From Eledone cirrhosa (Eukaryota), in the NCBI GenBank assembly GCA_964016885.1, contig OZ024741.1:185070001-185134000 (forward strand): a stretch of 64,000 nt of DNA, in the 5' to 3' direction. Under the pieces are notes generated by a model that was not told the DNA's origin, did not search any database, and saw nothing but the letters and a program-made list of their open reading frames with translations. This document shows, piece after piece, positions 41,845 through 56,780 of this stretch; the stretch's first letter is position 1, and every line of letters begins with the position of its first letter. The position numbers were made by a program, and so were the translations under genes.

Positions 41845-43404
41845 GGGTAAGGGGTCTGTATGTGTGTAAGCCATAGGGATTTCATTATATATATGACAAT
41901 AACCTCATTGTGTTACCTAAAATAATAAAGTAACTCTTGTCTGAGCCCTTCATTATATGTTTCTATTTATTTGTGTATTTATTTATTATCTTTGAATGTA
42001 CATGTGTATGTACGTATGTCAATATGTATGCATGTATGTTTATGTATGTATTCATGTATGTATTGTTATGTATTTATGTAAGTACTTATCCATTTATTTA
42101 TCACTCTTCTGCCTATTGTCATCATTATTCCAACATTTTAAGGCACCACTTCCCGTTACACTGGCTGTCTTTTCTCTTGCTATTGTTTAAATAATTGGAT
42201 ATATTCAGCCCCTCACTCTTTTGCATATATTTCTTTCCTTTCTGTCGTTCTATCTTGGTTAAATACAATATGTTTATTTTCGCTCTTTCCCTTTACACAC
42301 ATTGTTATATTTTTTTAATACACCGTGTCTCCATTCAATTCTCCCTTAAGTGCTGACAAGGGAGCTTCTGTGCAATCATTCAGCTTACTAAAAATAGCCA
42401 TCTAATCTGTAACATATCACGCTTTACTCTCTTAAAAATGGAAGGACTTTATAGAATGTAGGCTATAATATAATTCTAGTGAAATCCTTGAGGTTTGAGT
42501 AGAAAAAAGGGGAATGCTGGTGACGGAAACGTGATAGTCACAACTAGGACGACGTGCTATTATGATTTTTAAACGGTAATCCTGTTTGAGCTGGCATATA
42601 ACTGAAAATACTCCAGTCATGACTATGCCTTTGTTTAGACATAATGTATCAAGGATTAGAGTACTTAATGCATTCTTCTCTTTTTATAACGTTTGGGAAT
42701 AGTTTTAGCTTCTATTTCTAGCAGACAAACGATTTTATATAATCAGCCATGTCGGCTCTTCTGTACCGGCTTGGATCATAGCTGTTTGTGATAATTCTGT
42801 CCTAAGGAATAAACAGTAGAAACAGCAGTTGAAAAACGACGACGATGACCACAACATCATCATCATCAACAGCAACTAGAACAACATAAAAGCAACACTA
42901 GCAACAGCAACATCAACATCAACAAGAGCAACAGCATTTACTGGGAGCTTGCATTGAAAGAAAAATGGTCTATTTCAGGACGAATGCGGGTTAGTTACGA
43001 AATAGATTGCAAAAGAGAATCGTAATGAAGTTGATGGACAGACAGCTCCGAATCTGATACTTAATTTGGAGGTTTAAATGAATTCTACCAAGCAGTTCTT
43101 AACTTGATTGGGGCAACACGTTGATTCCAATAACAAACTTGTATACTAGTGCGTAGATTTAAGGGTCTGCAGTAATCTTCGGAATAAGAGAATTGTAAAT
43201 TGTTATGTTGTTTTTGTTTGTGTGCCTCCATTTAAGCCTTAATTGTGAAAGGTTATAATTAAAGTCTTCTAGATGTGACATTCGAGTTTTTCTGTATAAG
43301 AATTATTTCATTTTTTAACAGATTAAAATGTTATTATATAATGTACACACACAAACACACACAAACACATACACATACCTAAGCATGCACGTACATATAT
43401 ATAC

Positions 43405-43474
<70 letters not shown>

Positions 43475-44904
43475 CCATGTATATTATATATTGCACGGTT
43501 TCATGCAGATTCATTCTACCAAATATCACTCACAAGATTGGTCAACACGAGAAGGTATTGTCCAAGGAGCCGCACAGTGGGAAACAACCAGAGAACTATG
43601 AGGTTTCAAAGCAAACATTTAGTCACATGTATAGATCATTATTGGTGGAATAACATAGTCAGAGATCTATCTAACGTGCTATTCTTTATTCGGGGTGATA
43701 AACTATTTTGGATGTTGTAGATATAACACGTTGCCTTGTATAACAATACCACTTTGGGTGTCTTTAACGCAGTATATTCTGTTGCAGGCATTCGGGCCAG
43801 GTGTTCTATAAGAGGAAACCTTTTTCTCTCCCTTCCACTAGTCCTTAAATGTTCTAAAACTAGTCAAGGGCAATGTCATTCACACCCCGATTAAACACAG
43901 TAAAAATAATGTCTCATATACGCTTCACTACTTCGTTTGTTACCAATGTCAGTATTGTTCATATCCAAACAGTATTCATTGTTGTTCTTGTTAATATTCC
44001 TGTCGCTATTGTTTCACTCTACATCTCTTATAGATATATTCCTCTCGTCTTTTCGTTTACATTTCTTGTATAGATTTGTCCGTTTCCATATTCATAGATA
44101 CTCGTACTGTACATGGAAACAACAACCACACACGCGCATACAACCCATAAGATACACATACATACATGCATGAAAGTATGTCTCACTCGCTCTCTCTTTC
44201 TCTCTCTTTCTCTCTCTCCTCTCTCTCTATCTCTCTCTCTCTCTCTTTCTCTCTCTATGTATATACACACACACATAAACATACACACCATACAGACACA
44301 TGCATACACTCAGACACACACATACATAATAGAAAAGATACCTACATACACCTTAATTATACACACCCTTAGAAGCCCACCCGTGCATACACAAACAAAC
44401 ATAGATGCAAACACTCACACATGCTCACCCGCGAATATATAATCTTCTCCATTTTCTCAAGCTTCACTTATCCTACTCCTTTAGTAGCGGAATGAGTAGA
44501 GTAACTAACCAAAAAAATCCTTTTTGCGCTATTTAGTTTCATCCCTGTACTTTCTCAATTCAAATCCTTTCCGTATCGACTTTGTCTTTTATACTTATTG
44601 TTTGATCTCATATTTACCTTTACAGAGTAGACTCGTTTCATTGTTCCTAATTTGTTATGGCTCTGCAGAGCTGCATTGTGTCTAATGACTAATGACTTTT
44701 GGGGGGGAGATTTCACTGTATGCATACCTGATCAAATTTTACCTATTTAACATGGAGATTTCTATGTGAAATTGGTAAAATACATTCCAGATAAACACTA
44801 AGCTTGATGTAATAAGCTGTGTTCTCTACTAAAACATTTGTCCTGGTTGAATATTTAGTGTTTATTCCTGTCACAAGCGAATAAATTATAACCATATTAA
44901 CTTT

Positions 44905-45621
44905 GCGTTCTGAGTTCAAATCTGCCGAGGTTAACTTTGCCTTTCATCCTTACGAGGTCGATAAAATAAAGTACCAGTGGTGCACTGGGGTAATCGCTGG
45001 CCTTGTGCCAAAAGTAGAAACTCTGGCGGTGGATTGGCAGTATTGGTAGAGAGTCGGACACCATGCTTTGAAGCATAGAGTTACGTCCCTTTATGATCTG
45101 AGTTCAAATCCCGCCGAGGTTAACTTTGCCTTTCATCCTTACGGGGTCGATAAAATAAAGTACCAGTAATATACTGGCTAATTGCTGGCATTGTGCCTAA
45201 AATAGAAACAATTATTACCATTTAGTGAGTGTGTGTCCGTGAAACATATATATACACCAGGTCCGAACACAAAAGAACCAAATTCTCACTGTCACTGCCT
45301 CCGTCTTTCCCGCTTTTCCAATCTTTCACTATTATGAGCTAATGTGGGCCAACACGCTGGTCGTCCCATCACAAGAAGGCAGTGAATTGACAGACAAAAC
45401 ACCTTTTAGTATTTACTTATGTCTTCTTACTTTCGATGTTTCAAATCATTTCTATATCTCACATTTAGCCACATACACCCTCCTCGTTTTCTCTCTCTGT
45501 ATATCATAATTGTTTCTACTTTTGGCACACGGCCAACAATTATCCCAGTACATTACTGGTACTTTATTTTATCGACCCCGTAAGGATGAAAGGCAAAGTT
45601 AACCTCAGCGGAATTTGAACT
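44905..45621. mobile_element. family A SINEs (44905-45020 plus, 45025-45216 plus, 45507-45621 minus and truncated)
   Basis: Consensus matches. Confidence 0.8.
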
Positions 45622-45853
45622 CTCTGTATATCATTATGATATACAGAGAGAGAAAACGAGGAGGGTGTCTGTGATATTATCAGCCCATGTTATCTTCCTC
45701 CATTCCTTTCAAGCACCCTTTTGTTTATCGTTTTATTTACTCTCCTTCCCTACACCCCTCTCTTTCTTTAGACCGTTCTCTCTCCTTGTAATTAATTCAT
45801 CTATTTGTCCGCCTATTTCTCATCAGACAAAGTACAATATAGAGAAATGGCAG

Positions 45854-45896
<43 letters not shown>

Positions 45897-45921
45897 TGAT
45901 AGAGAGTTAGAGAGATAGATA

Positions 45922-46630
45922 TCTTTCTTTATTTGCCACAAGGGCGTACAAGACATGGACATTACAAGACGTGACGGCGGTGGTTTTACATGAAATCGTA
46001 CAAACTTTAATATTAATAAATAACAATAAAATATATATAAAAAAATTAACAATCGAAATCCCCAATAGGGGGGGGGGGGGGTTACTCCCTGGCTGTTTTA
46101 CACTCCGTAGATAGAACAACCATCAATCCCAGGAGCACCTTTTGTAGGCGTTCCCGTCTTCCCTCTTTTTGTTTTCCTCAACCTACAGGTTTATATACAG
46201 AGAAGGGCCATTCACTCGAGCCTTTCTCGCACATTCACCCATCTTTCAGCACCTCTCCCTCCCTTCTGAAGTGCTATGACAGATATATTTCTTTATTTGC
46301 CACAAGGGCGCACAAGAAAAGGGGACAAAACAAAGACACATTCCGGGGATTTTACATACAATCGTGTAAAAATATTGAAACAAGCAAATTAAACAATCGA
46401 AATTCCCAATAGGGGGGAGGCGCCACAAACGGGTTGTTTAATACCCCGTCGATAGAACAACCCTCAACTTCAGGAGCGTGTTGTGCAAGTGCTCCCTTCT
46501 TCCTTTTGCTCTCGTCTTCAACCTACAGGTTTATATACAGAGCAGGCCCAATCACTCGGGCCATTTTTGCCCCATTCACCCACCTTTCAGTAAATTTACT
46601 GGGGTTCAGTGCCTCTCCCTCCACTCTGAT
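45922..46630 (-). mobile_element. two 3'-end fragments of a Tx1/L1-like LINE
   Basis: Both start ctttatttgccacaagggcg (AATAAA on minus); homologous to 54655-55130 and 34945-35100. Confidence 0.55.
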
Positions 46631-47927
46631 TCTCCTTCTAGATAGCTAGTTCACTGCCTTCTTCGACAAATTCTCCGTTTTCCTCTTTCTCTCCTTCTTT
46701 TCTCCTATTTCTTTTGCATATTATTATGCTTATCCTTATGTTTATTTAGTTTTTTTTCATCTTCCCATCATATCTCCATTTATTGCTGTTTTATCTTTTA
46801 GTCTTATCACTCTTTCATATATTTATTTATCTTTGTCTTATCTGTTTTACTTTATCGTCTCATATTACTGATTTCCTGATATTTTTCTGTCTTATCTTTC
46901 TAACTTATCTTCGCACCCGATCTTCTTTTCTTTCGCTTATCTAGAATTCCTATCTTCCTATATTTCGGTCTAAATGTTCAGTCTCATTTTTTCCTCATGA
47001 CTTATTTTATCCGTCAGTTTTATCCCCACGTCATATTTACTTCTATCCCTGTCTTGTCTCTGAAACTTATATTCCTTGTCATATCTCCATGTATCTCTTA
47101 TCTTTAAGTTGTGTATCTTCCCGTTACAACAGCCTTTATCAATGACTAATCTTTCTGACTTATCTACTTATCACATCTTTCTGTCTTTTCTCTGTATCAT
47201 ATCTTTCTGACTAATCATTTAGTCGTATCATTCTGTCTCATACCATCGTCATATCTCTCTGTCTTTCTTATCTTTCACTTTTCTCATCTTTTTTTTATAT
47301 ATATATAGTTGTCTCTTATGTCGCTGTCATATCTCTCCGAATTATCTCTTTGTCATATTTTCAATTTTATCTCATCTCCTTGTCACATCTGCTCTTGTTT
47401 TACCTTTCCCTCAGTAATACTTTCTTGTTCTGTCTTACCTTTCTTATATATATATCCTTATTCACCGCCTTATCACAATGTCATATCCACATATCCCCTG
47501 ACTAATCACCCTTCCATATGATTTTTGTCTGTTTTATTTTTCATTATTTCTTTTGCATTGAGCTCTTCTTTCTTTCTTTATTTATTTATTTATTCATTCA
47601 TTTATTTAGTTATTTGTTTATTCATTTTCCTCTCTTTTTTATCTATCTCATTATCCTATTTGCCTTATTTTTTCTTCATTCTTTCTTATTTTGTTTCTAA
47701 CCATTTTTTCCATATATCTATATATATATGTTTGTGTGTGTGTGTGTGTGTGTGGTGTGTGTGTATGTGTATGTGTGTGTGTGTGTCTGTGTGTGTGTGT
47801 GTGTGTATTTGTTTATTTATTCATAGATTTCTCCCATTTTTTCTTTGATTACATTTGCCCTTTTCTCCTACCTTTTTTAATCCATTCTTTTATCTCTATC
47901 TCCTCTTTACGTTCAACCTCTCTCTCT

Positions 47928-47994
<67 letters not shown>

Positions 47995-48628
47995 TCTCTT
48001 TCTCGCTCTCTCACTCACTTTCACTGTTACTTTCGTTCTCATCTTGTCTTTCTTTCTAGTTCACTAATTTCGTCTCTTTATCTGAGTCCTTTCACTGACC
48101 TTCATTACTACCCCGACATCTACACATATACACTCACATATATGCATAAACACATACATCACTGTCACTCAGACATGCCAGGGCACTCGTTAACTTCTCT
48201 TTCCACACACTTCTACACACACACACTCACCTACATGCACATAGATAAAGAACACATACACACAAATGTATGTAATGTATAAATATAAATATATATATAT
48301 ATACACACATACATACATACATTCATACATACATACATATATATATATAGGAAAACAATGTCCGTGTCCTTTTTCTCCCCTCTTCTTTTCGTTCACCTGT
48401 CCTTTATAAAACCTTTTCTTAACGTTCATATCCCTAAACCCATTCCCCTAATCCAAATTTACATTGTCACCAGATTTTCCAGTTGTTAAAGAAAAAAAAA
48501 ACATCCGCCCAATTTCTTACGTTCCCTCAGACAATACCAGGACCAACACAATGAATCAACGCAGTTATTTGCTCTGCTAGATATAGCAGCCAAAGACCCT
48601 TACATATGACTTAATAATCACTTTAGAC

Positions 48629-50450
48629 CAGCGTTTTTGAAAGCTGTTCCATCGGACCGGTAGTGGTCCGTCGGAACGGTACTGGTCCGTGTAAAGCTAA
48701 TTGCTGGTCCGCAGGGAGACCATAGATGTTTTGTTTTTTTTAATCCCTGACTTTAAATAAATGATTCTGAATTTCTGAATAATTAAGATTATAATTTTTT
48801 ATAATTTATTAATGATTGCAAAATGTAAAGTTTTGCTTATAACTTCTTATTTTAAGTAAGTTTCATTTTTGATTGGTGGTATCGATAGAGCATCGGACAA
48901 CATGCTTTGTTGCCTCGAGTTACGAGCCTTTAAGTTTTGAGTTCAAATCCTACCGTGGTTAGTTTGCCTTTCATCCTTACGGGCTCGATAAAATAAAGTA
49001 CCAGTCATGCACTGAAGTCGATTTAATCGATTTTTCCCCTCCACACAAAGGATTTACTGGCCTTGTGCCTAAATCAGAAACCATTATTTTCATTGCTTTT
49101 AAGTAATAATTACAATATATTATTAAATTTATTTTATTCGAGGTGGCTAAACGTGGTCCCCTAGTTAAATCTATAAATATCAAATATCTTAACGACGATA
49201 CAGAGGATACATCAATTGATGAAACTACATCAATAACTGCAAAGTAACAATGTTCCAGCTTCATTCAGTATTATGATTATTCATTTCGGATTCACTTCCA
49301 AGTACAGGGATGGCATGCAAAAAAGGCTAAGTGTGATTTCTGGCGCAGTATTCAATAACGATGTCATGAAACCCTGAAATATCATCACGCATCTCTATAA
49401 TAGACATAAAAACTTGTTTTTAAAACCAAAGGAATTGTTTGAAAGGCACTTGGAAATCCTGGCATCATGCCCCAAAAATGATTGATTTAAAACAGACAGC
49501 TGCTGATGCACTGAGGACTTCTTTGAAAGTTGCTCTTCATATTGCCAAGAGTAAGAAATCATTCACAATTGTTGAGACACTCATGCAAGACTGTGTTAAA
49601 TATATTTGTCAACAGATGCTAGGGAATTGGCTGCTATGAAATTAGCTAAAGTTCAACTTTAAAAGGATACCATTGCACGTTGAATCCATGATATGGCTGA
49701 AGGTATGGAAGATCAGCTTATCACACAAAGTAAATATTCCACGTAGTGTGTGTTACAGAACGATGCGAGTAATTAGTATTGCAAATAAGGCGATTCTAAC
49801 TGTTTTTGTACGTTTTGAATACGAAGGCAATTTGAAGGAGGGGTACATTTTGTCAGCTGTACTACCGACAGATACAACTAGCATTAAATGATTACATAGT
49901 TGAAATATTTGGTTTAGGTTTTTAAAGCTGTGTCGGAATCTGTACAGATGGAGATACAGCAATGATAGTCTACCATTTTAGTGTGATAACCCAAATAAAA
50001 GTGTTAGTACCGGAATATAAATCAACAGATTGTGTTATTCACAGAGAAGATTTAGTCACAAAGAAAATATCCACTGAATTGAATTCAGTGCTTAATGAAT
50101 TTGTAAAAATTGTAAATAATGTGAAGGACAAGACATTAAATTCAAGACTATTTCAAGCACTATGTACTCACACCTATGCTGAGTATACTCACTTCTAACT
50201 AATTTCTTCAAGAAAAAATAAACAAAAATTTATTAGTCAAAACTTCTTAGAAGCTCTGAATAAGGTGCAAAGTTGTCATATCTAACAGATATAGTTGATA
50301 TATTGAATACCCTTAACACTTTCATGCAGAGTAGAAAGGTGTCGTGTTTCACAATGGCAGATAAGATTGATGACGTCAAACGGAAACTCAAAATGTGGCA
50401 GTACAACGTGTAAACAGATTGTTTTGATATGTTTCACAACATGCAGAGAT
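48629..50450 (+). pseudogene. decayed hAT (Buster/Charlie-type) transposon, with a family A SINE at 48873-49088
   Basis: Left TIR-like CAGCGTTTTTGAAAGCTG; fragments LHIAKSKKSFTIVETL, ILTVFVRF, GICTDG, CVIHREDL..KK..ELNSVL..VKIVN..LNSRLF. Confidence 0.8.
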
Positions 50451-50498
50451 GTAGATAATGGGGAGCATTAAGTGGGAGAAATGGTGCACATTTTAGAG

Positions 50499-51646
50499 CA
50501 GAGGTACTCAAAGTGGCCACTACCATCGCCCAGGGGGCGTTGAGATGATGTCACAGGTGTGGGATGACAGACTATATATATATTTATATCTCAAAGGTAT
50601 ATATTGAGTTAGAAACTCAAAATAGTCTCTTACAATAAAATAGCTCAAGGGAAGAGATTTTTTAGAGCCGTATATTATAATTGAATATAAAAGAAAGATA
50701 AACACAGATATATACATATATGTGTTCAAATCGTAAGGGACCAGATTCGCTAAGGTGAAAAAAATACTAACTATGGACAATAGGGTTTGCAAGACTTAAT
50801 TTAAGAATAGATCAAGAAAATAAATGCAAACCGGAATTGTGGTAACTACCAATCACCCAGACAGCGTTTGGCTATGCTGTTTCGCAAATTAATTGTGAAA
50901 AGGAATACCGATTTTTGCTCGTCAGTGGATGAAGAATTAGTATCCTGGTCACTTCTAAGTATATCAGAAAAAGTGAATAGTGTGCGTATATATAATAACG
51001 CACATGGTATCGGAACTTAGCATGTCTCACAAACTCACACCACTAAAAATAGCAGCCAGGTTTACTCGACTTCAAAGTTAATTTGCGAAACAGCATAGCC
51101 GAACGCTGTCTGGGTGATTGGTAGTTACCACAATTCCGGTTTGTATTTATTTTCTTGATCTATTCTTAAATTGAGTCTGACAAACCCTATTGTCATAGTT
51201 AGTATTTTTTTCACCTTAGCGAATCTGGTCCCTTACGATTTGAACACATATATGTATATATTTGTGTTTATCTTTCTTTTATATTTATATCTATATTTTT
51301 AAACGTTGATCAATCAACGATAATCATTGATTGCCAACTAAATCAACTATAGGGATATAAAATATACGGATGCGAAAACCAATCTAAACCAAACAGTGAG
51401 TGTGTTTTATTATTTTTCTGGCAATATTATAACAATATAAGCCTCCAGATAACACGATATTTGTTTCAACAAACGATTTCATATCACAAAACGATTTCAT
51501 ATTGCAAACAAATTCATCGCCGTCAACGATTATATTTATATATTATTTACAATTTGCGTGTAGACAAGTCTCTCTGGGGTTGGGGGCACTGAGGCTATTA
51601 CCTGCCTGTGAGGGGGGCGGTTGCCAAAACAGTTTGAGAACCTCTG
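50499..51646. mobile_element. non-autonomous hAT element with perfect 8-bp TSD
   Basis: TTTTAGAG|CAGAGGTACTCAAAGTG...CAGTTTGAGAACCTCTG|TTTTAGAG. Confidence 0.85.
50854..50931 (-). ncRNA. canonical type I hammerhead in fold-back insert 50685-51285
   Basis: catcca-CTGACGA-gcaaa...tttgc-GAAA-CAGC..GCTG-TC-tgggtg; GUC triplet. Confidence 0.85.
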
Positions 51647-51977
51647 TTTTAGAGGTAGCCTAGAGTACAAAATACACTGACACCAGATGTGTAGCTACCA
51701 CACAACATTCAGACGTTGCCAATTACTACAATCACTACAATTATTGCCTCTAACACTACCTCAAACATCTCCACTAGTTATAACATCATTAGTTCCAGAA
51801 TACCATCATATCACATCTATTGTAATTACCATTAATAGCACAACAACCATTAGCGTAACTACCACTAACAGGACCTACAAACACCAGTAACACTTCTGTC
51901 CCACAATTACTAGCACCATCATCACCGTCACCACCATCACTAACACCACCGCCCTATGGCTACTCTACACTACAGCA

Positions 51978-54410
51978 AATAATTGTTTCTACTTTTGGCA
52001 CAAGGCCAGCAATTATCCCAGTGCATCACTGGTACTTTATTTTATCGACCCCCGTAAGGATAAAAGGCAAAGCTAACCTCGGCGGGATTTGAGCTCAGAC
52101 CGTAAAAGGTATAACTCTATGCTGCAAAGCATGGCGTCCGACCCTCTACCGATACTGCCAATCCACCAGCCAATAATTGTTTCTACTTTTGGCACAAGGC
52201 CAGCAATTGCACAGTGTATTACTGGTACTTTATTTTATCGACCCCGTAAGGATGAAAGGCAAAGTTAACCTCGGCGGGATTTGAACTCAGAATGGCAAGG
52301 GCCGTAACTCTATGCGTCAAAGCATGGCGTCCGACCCTCTACCGATGCTAGTACCTCTCCTCTACAATTAGTAGCACCATTGCTAAGAGCTCTTCCCCAC
52401 ATATGTACCCCCCACTACCACCGACATCAATATCCACAGAAAAGGCTGTAACACTATGTCTATCAGTAACCATCACCACACCACGACTACCACAACAACA
52501 ATAGCAACAATAAATACAACCATTATTAGCAGCACAGTTACGTCCCTTTATGGACTGAGTTCAAATCCCGCCGAGGTTGACTTTGCCTTTCATCCTTACG
52601 GGGTCGATAAAATAAAGTACCAGTAATGCACTGGGTTTTGCTGGCCTTGTGCCAAAAGTAGAAACAATTATTACTATGGCAGTATCGTTAGAGGGTCGGA
52701 CGCCATGCTTTCCAGCATAGTTACGGCCCTTGCCATTCTGAGTTCAAATCCCGCCGTGGTTGACTTTGCCTTTCATCCCTACGGGGTCGATAAAATAAAG
52801 TACCAGTAATGTACTGGGTATTTGCCGGCCTTGTACCTAAAGTAGAAACAATTATTACTACCACCACTACCGTCAACAACGAAATCCCCAATCTACCATT
52901 ACTAGAACTATAACCAATGACAATCACAAACGACAACACCACCACCTGCACCATAATTACTGCCACTAACGCTACAATTATAAACTACCTCTTAACACCC
53001 TCCACCACACAGCCACCACCATCATCTTCACCATCACTACTACAATTATAACAATCACCACCACCACAACAGCAGCAGCAGTTACATCTGCTACTAACAA
53101 CATGACTCTAAGCTCCAACCACCCCAACCCCTTCCCCACCGCCCTAACCACTTCACGCTCCGTCATCATCATCATCATCATCATCATCATCACCAACTCT
53201 AGCACAACAACCAAAACAATCATCACCAACAAATACACGTGTTATCATCCAATTATAGGTCAGTATTATCAGACAGGAACGGATCACGTGTTTGGCAAGT
53301 TTTTATTTTGACTGCTGGCTAGCCTGACTTCTATATCTGCCTGTCTGTCAGTTTGTTTGTCTATCTGTCTGTCGGTCTGGCCTGCTTGTCTGAGCTGCTT
53401 GTCTATTTTATTTTATTTTTCTTATTTTTTTTTTCTTATTGTTCTATGAGAAATATGCTGGCTATACCTATCATCATTTTCAGGGCCTCCGTTGTGGATT
53501 GGCATAATAGGTAGAGCGTCAGATACCATGCTTTGCAGCACGGGGCTACGGTCCTTTACGGTCTGAGTTCAAATCACGCCGAGATTAACTTTGCCTTTCA
53601 TCCTTAGGGGGTCGATAAAATAAAGCACAAATAATGCACTGGGGTCGATTTAATCGACTTGCCCCTCCCCCAGTATCGGTGGAGGGTCGGACGCCATGCT
53701 TTCCAGCATAGAGTTATGACCCTTTATGGTTTGAGTTCAAATCCCGCCGAGGCAACCTTTGCCTTTCTTCATTACGATAAAATAAAGTACCAGCAATGCA
53801 CGGGGGTAATTGCTGGCCTTGTGCCAAAAGTTAAAACAATTATTTTTCATACTACAAATCATTATAATAAAATACTAGAAATCATTTACAGGGCCCCCGG
53901 GTCTTGCAGGAGAGAAGTAGGAAAATATCATAATAAAAGAATACCTGGCACAAATGCTAAAATTAACCAACGACAAAACCATGTAATTAAAACATGCGAC
54001 GGAGTAAATATATTGCCAAACTAGGTGACTTTGGGATTTGAACTCAGTACGCAATGAGCCCAAACAATTTCACCGATGCTCTAAAAATTCCATCCCGACC
54101 TGTCAGCTCGCCCCGTCCGACCGGGAGATCTAGTGGGTGAGAGATGTCTTCTCTTGTGAAAATGGGTATAGCTTTCATTACGTAAATCTCCCGGGTGGAT
54201 TGGCAGTATCGGTCGGTAGAGTCGGACGCTATGCTTTACATCATAGAGTTACGGCCCTTTATGATCTGAGTTCAAATTCCGCCGAGGTTAACTTTGCCTT
54301 TCATCCTTACGGGGTCGATAAAATTTAGCACCAGTAACGTACTGGTGTCGATTTGATCGACTTTCCCCTCCGCCCAAATTACTGGCCTTGTGCCTATATT
54401 AGAAATCATT
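51978..54410. mobile_element. seven family A SINEs interspersed with ACC/ATC low-complexity DNA
   Basis: 51978-52168 and 52173-52346 minus; 52535-52670, 52677-52856, 53493-53670, 53672-53843 and 54193-54410 plus. Confidence 0.8.
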
Positions 54411-54654
54411 CTGTAAATCTCCCCATTTTGCCTCATTTCTCCCCGTTTTGGGGTACTTTTTTCATAGTACTCCCCGTTGGGGTTTTAATAGGTTGACACG
54501 TCTGATTCTCTGTCACAGAAGAAAAGCAAAATTGACCTTGCCTGTCTGTCTGTCTGATTAGTCGGCTTGTCAGTATCATGCCTGTTGGTCTGTCTATACA
54601 TTTGTGTCTACGCCAGTAAATCTGTCTGTCTTTCTGTCTAACACTGACCTCTTC

Positions 54655-55135
54655 ATTTCTATTTATTTGCCACGAGGGCACAAAAGAAAGGGACACATAC
54701 ATGGGGTTTTAGTTTACATAGAAATCGAGTAAAAAAAATGTAATAACAAATAAAATTACAACAAAAAGGCTCTCAATAGGGGGGGATCGTTTTGGGGTCA
54801 CACACACCCCCGAAAAAAATGTGCGTCCCTTCTCTACGGGAGCACAAAGAGAGGGTGCTCCCTTCTTCCTTCATCCTTTTCCACCTACAGGCTAAGGTAG
54901 AGAGAAGGCCCATTCACACGGGCCATTCTCGCAACTTTCACCCACCTTTCATAAAACTTGCTGGGGTGGAGCACCTCTCTCTCCATCCTGATCCTTCTTC
55001 CGAAATGGTATCGGAAGAAAAGGACTAGTTGTTGGCCGGAAAGAAAGGTGTCCGACCTCAGCCCTTTTAGACGCGTCCACCATACAACCTCTTTTACCAT
55101 GGCTATTACACAGAGGAAGACCGCCTCTCCTTCAT
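54655..55135 (-). pseudogene. Tx1/L1-like ORF2 C-terminus and 3' UTR
   Basis: ORF VKEVVWWTRLKGL..FFRYHFGRRIRMEREVL..KFYERW followed by UTR with AATAAA-like end. Confidence 0.55.
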
Positions 55136-55305
55136 TTCAGATAGTTACTAAGAGAGGCGCGCGCATAGGGCATTACACTTGCGTGCGCGCATGTGTGTAT
55201 ATGTGTGAGTGGGATAATGTGTCTGGAGAGCGTATGTGTCTGGGCTTGTCGAAAGGTGAGAAAAGTGTGTGTGTGTGTGTGTGCGTGTGTGTGTGTGTGT
55301 GTGTG

Positions 55306-55337
<32 letters not shown>

Positions 55338-55702
55338 AGTGTGTGTTTGTCGGGAGTAAGAGACAGACACAGAAAGTCTGTGTGACAGTCGAAAGAGGGA
55401 AAGACAGAGAGAGAGAGAGTGTGTGTATGTGTAGAAAGAGAGAGGGGGAAACAGAGACAGAAAGGATGTATGTGAATCGAGAGAGAGAAAATGAGAGAGA
55501 GAGAGAGTGTGTGTGTGTGTAAGAGAAATCGAGCGTATAAAGGTGGTGGTGATAGTAGTGATGGTAAATATGACGTTGGTATATTAGTACGTATGTGTAG
55601 TTGTGTATAGAAATTTGGGGTGAAACAGAGGTTGTTTTGTAGCAGTTGTAATGACAAAGGTACTAATTATGGAGCATTCATGTGTGTGTCTGGCTATACT
55701 AC

Positions 55703-55776
<74 letters not shown>

Positions 55777-56062
55777 TATATACATACACACACACAAATA
55801 TATATATTTATATATATATAATATATATATATACATATATACACACACACAAATATATATATATATCTTTTCCTGGGTCCTGTATTTTCGTTGCTCTAGT
55901 GATGCGGCTGAACTGCCGACCGCTATATCTGATTTGCTAAGCTGTCTGAACGTAATGTTATTACTCTGGGGTCTTTCCTCATCCGAGTGCTCAAGCTACA
56001 AACCGATTATGCATATACGCTAGCTTGGCCGTATTCTAAAGCTTCGTCAATGCTGTACTAAA

Positions 56063-56103
<41 letters not shown>

Positions 56104-56395
56104 AATATATATATATATAAATATATAGGAACCAGTAAGACCCCGACAGCTGAGCTCAAGCCGTTTCGACGGCTAATTCTGAGTCCAGAATTAGCCGTCG
56201 AAACGGCTTGAGCTCAGCTGTCGGGGTCTTACTGGTTCCTATTACCCACTCTACTACCTCAAGTATTGAGTACTTTGGTGCGTTATGGTCCACCTGGTTC
56301 CTTACCACATTTCCTTCGTTATATATATATATATATAGTTTTAATATAGATGAGATTCTACAGGACTAGAACTGTTTCATTCTTTAGAAATCATC

Positions 56396-56446
56396 AGATT
56401 CCTGATGATTTCTAAAGAATGAAACAGTTCTAGTCCTGTAGAATCT
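56396..56446 (+). ncRNA. type I hammerhead ribozyme in fold-back insert 56343-56530
   Basis: agattc-CTGATGA-t ttc taaa gaa t-GAAA-CAG ttctagtc CTG-TA-gaatct. Confidence 0.75.
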
Positions 56447-56528
56447 CATCTATATTAAAACTTTTATACTCTGCAATGTATTGAGTACCTTACTTACTGT
56501 GGTTACCTCCGATTCAACCCGGAATAAC

Positions 56529-56575
<47 letters not shown>

Positions 56576-56700
56576 AAAGTTCTATTTAAATTGTTGGGAT
56601 ACAACGAGCAAATATTTGTATAACTGATATAAAGCACTCAACAAATAATTGGAGTAAAAATACGATATTAACAAATGGAAACTATATTTATAAAACTGCT

Positions 56701-56780
56701 CCATATTATATTTTATCTGATGAATGCACACCATAATTTAACTTGGTGTCCTTGAAATATGTATAATGAAATAAATATGG
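56701..56780 (+). ncRNA. type I hammerhead ribozyme
   Basis: ccatattatattttat-CTGATGA-..acacca..tggtgt..-GAAA-TATGTA-TA-atgaaataaatatgg. Confidence 0.7.

Noticed and set aside
48621-51654. Single hAT element spanning 48629-51646
   Set aside because: The right TIR pairs better with the TIR at 50499, which has a perfect TSD; the 48621 flank matches only 6 of 8 bases
51690-53240. Thr-rich mucin-like coding region
   Set aside because: Degenerate ACC/ACT/ATC trinucleotide DNA with stops, interrupted by SINEs
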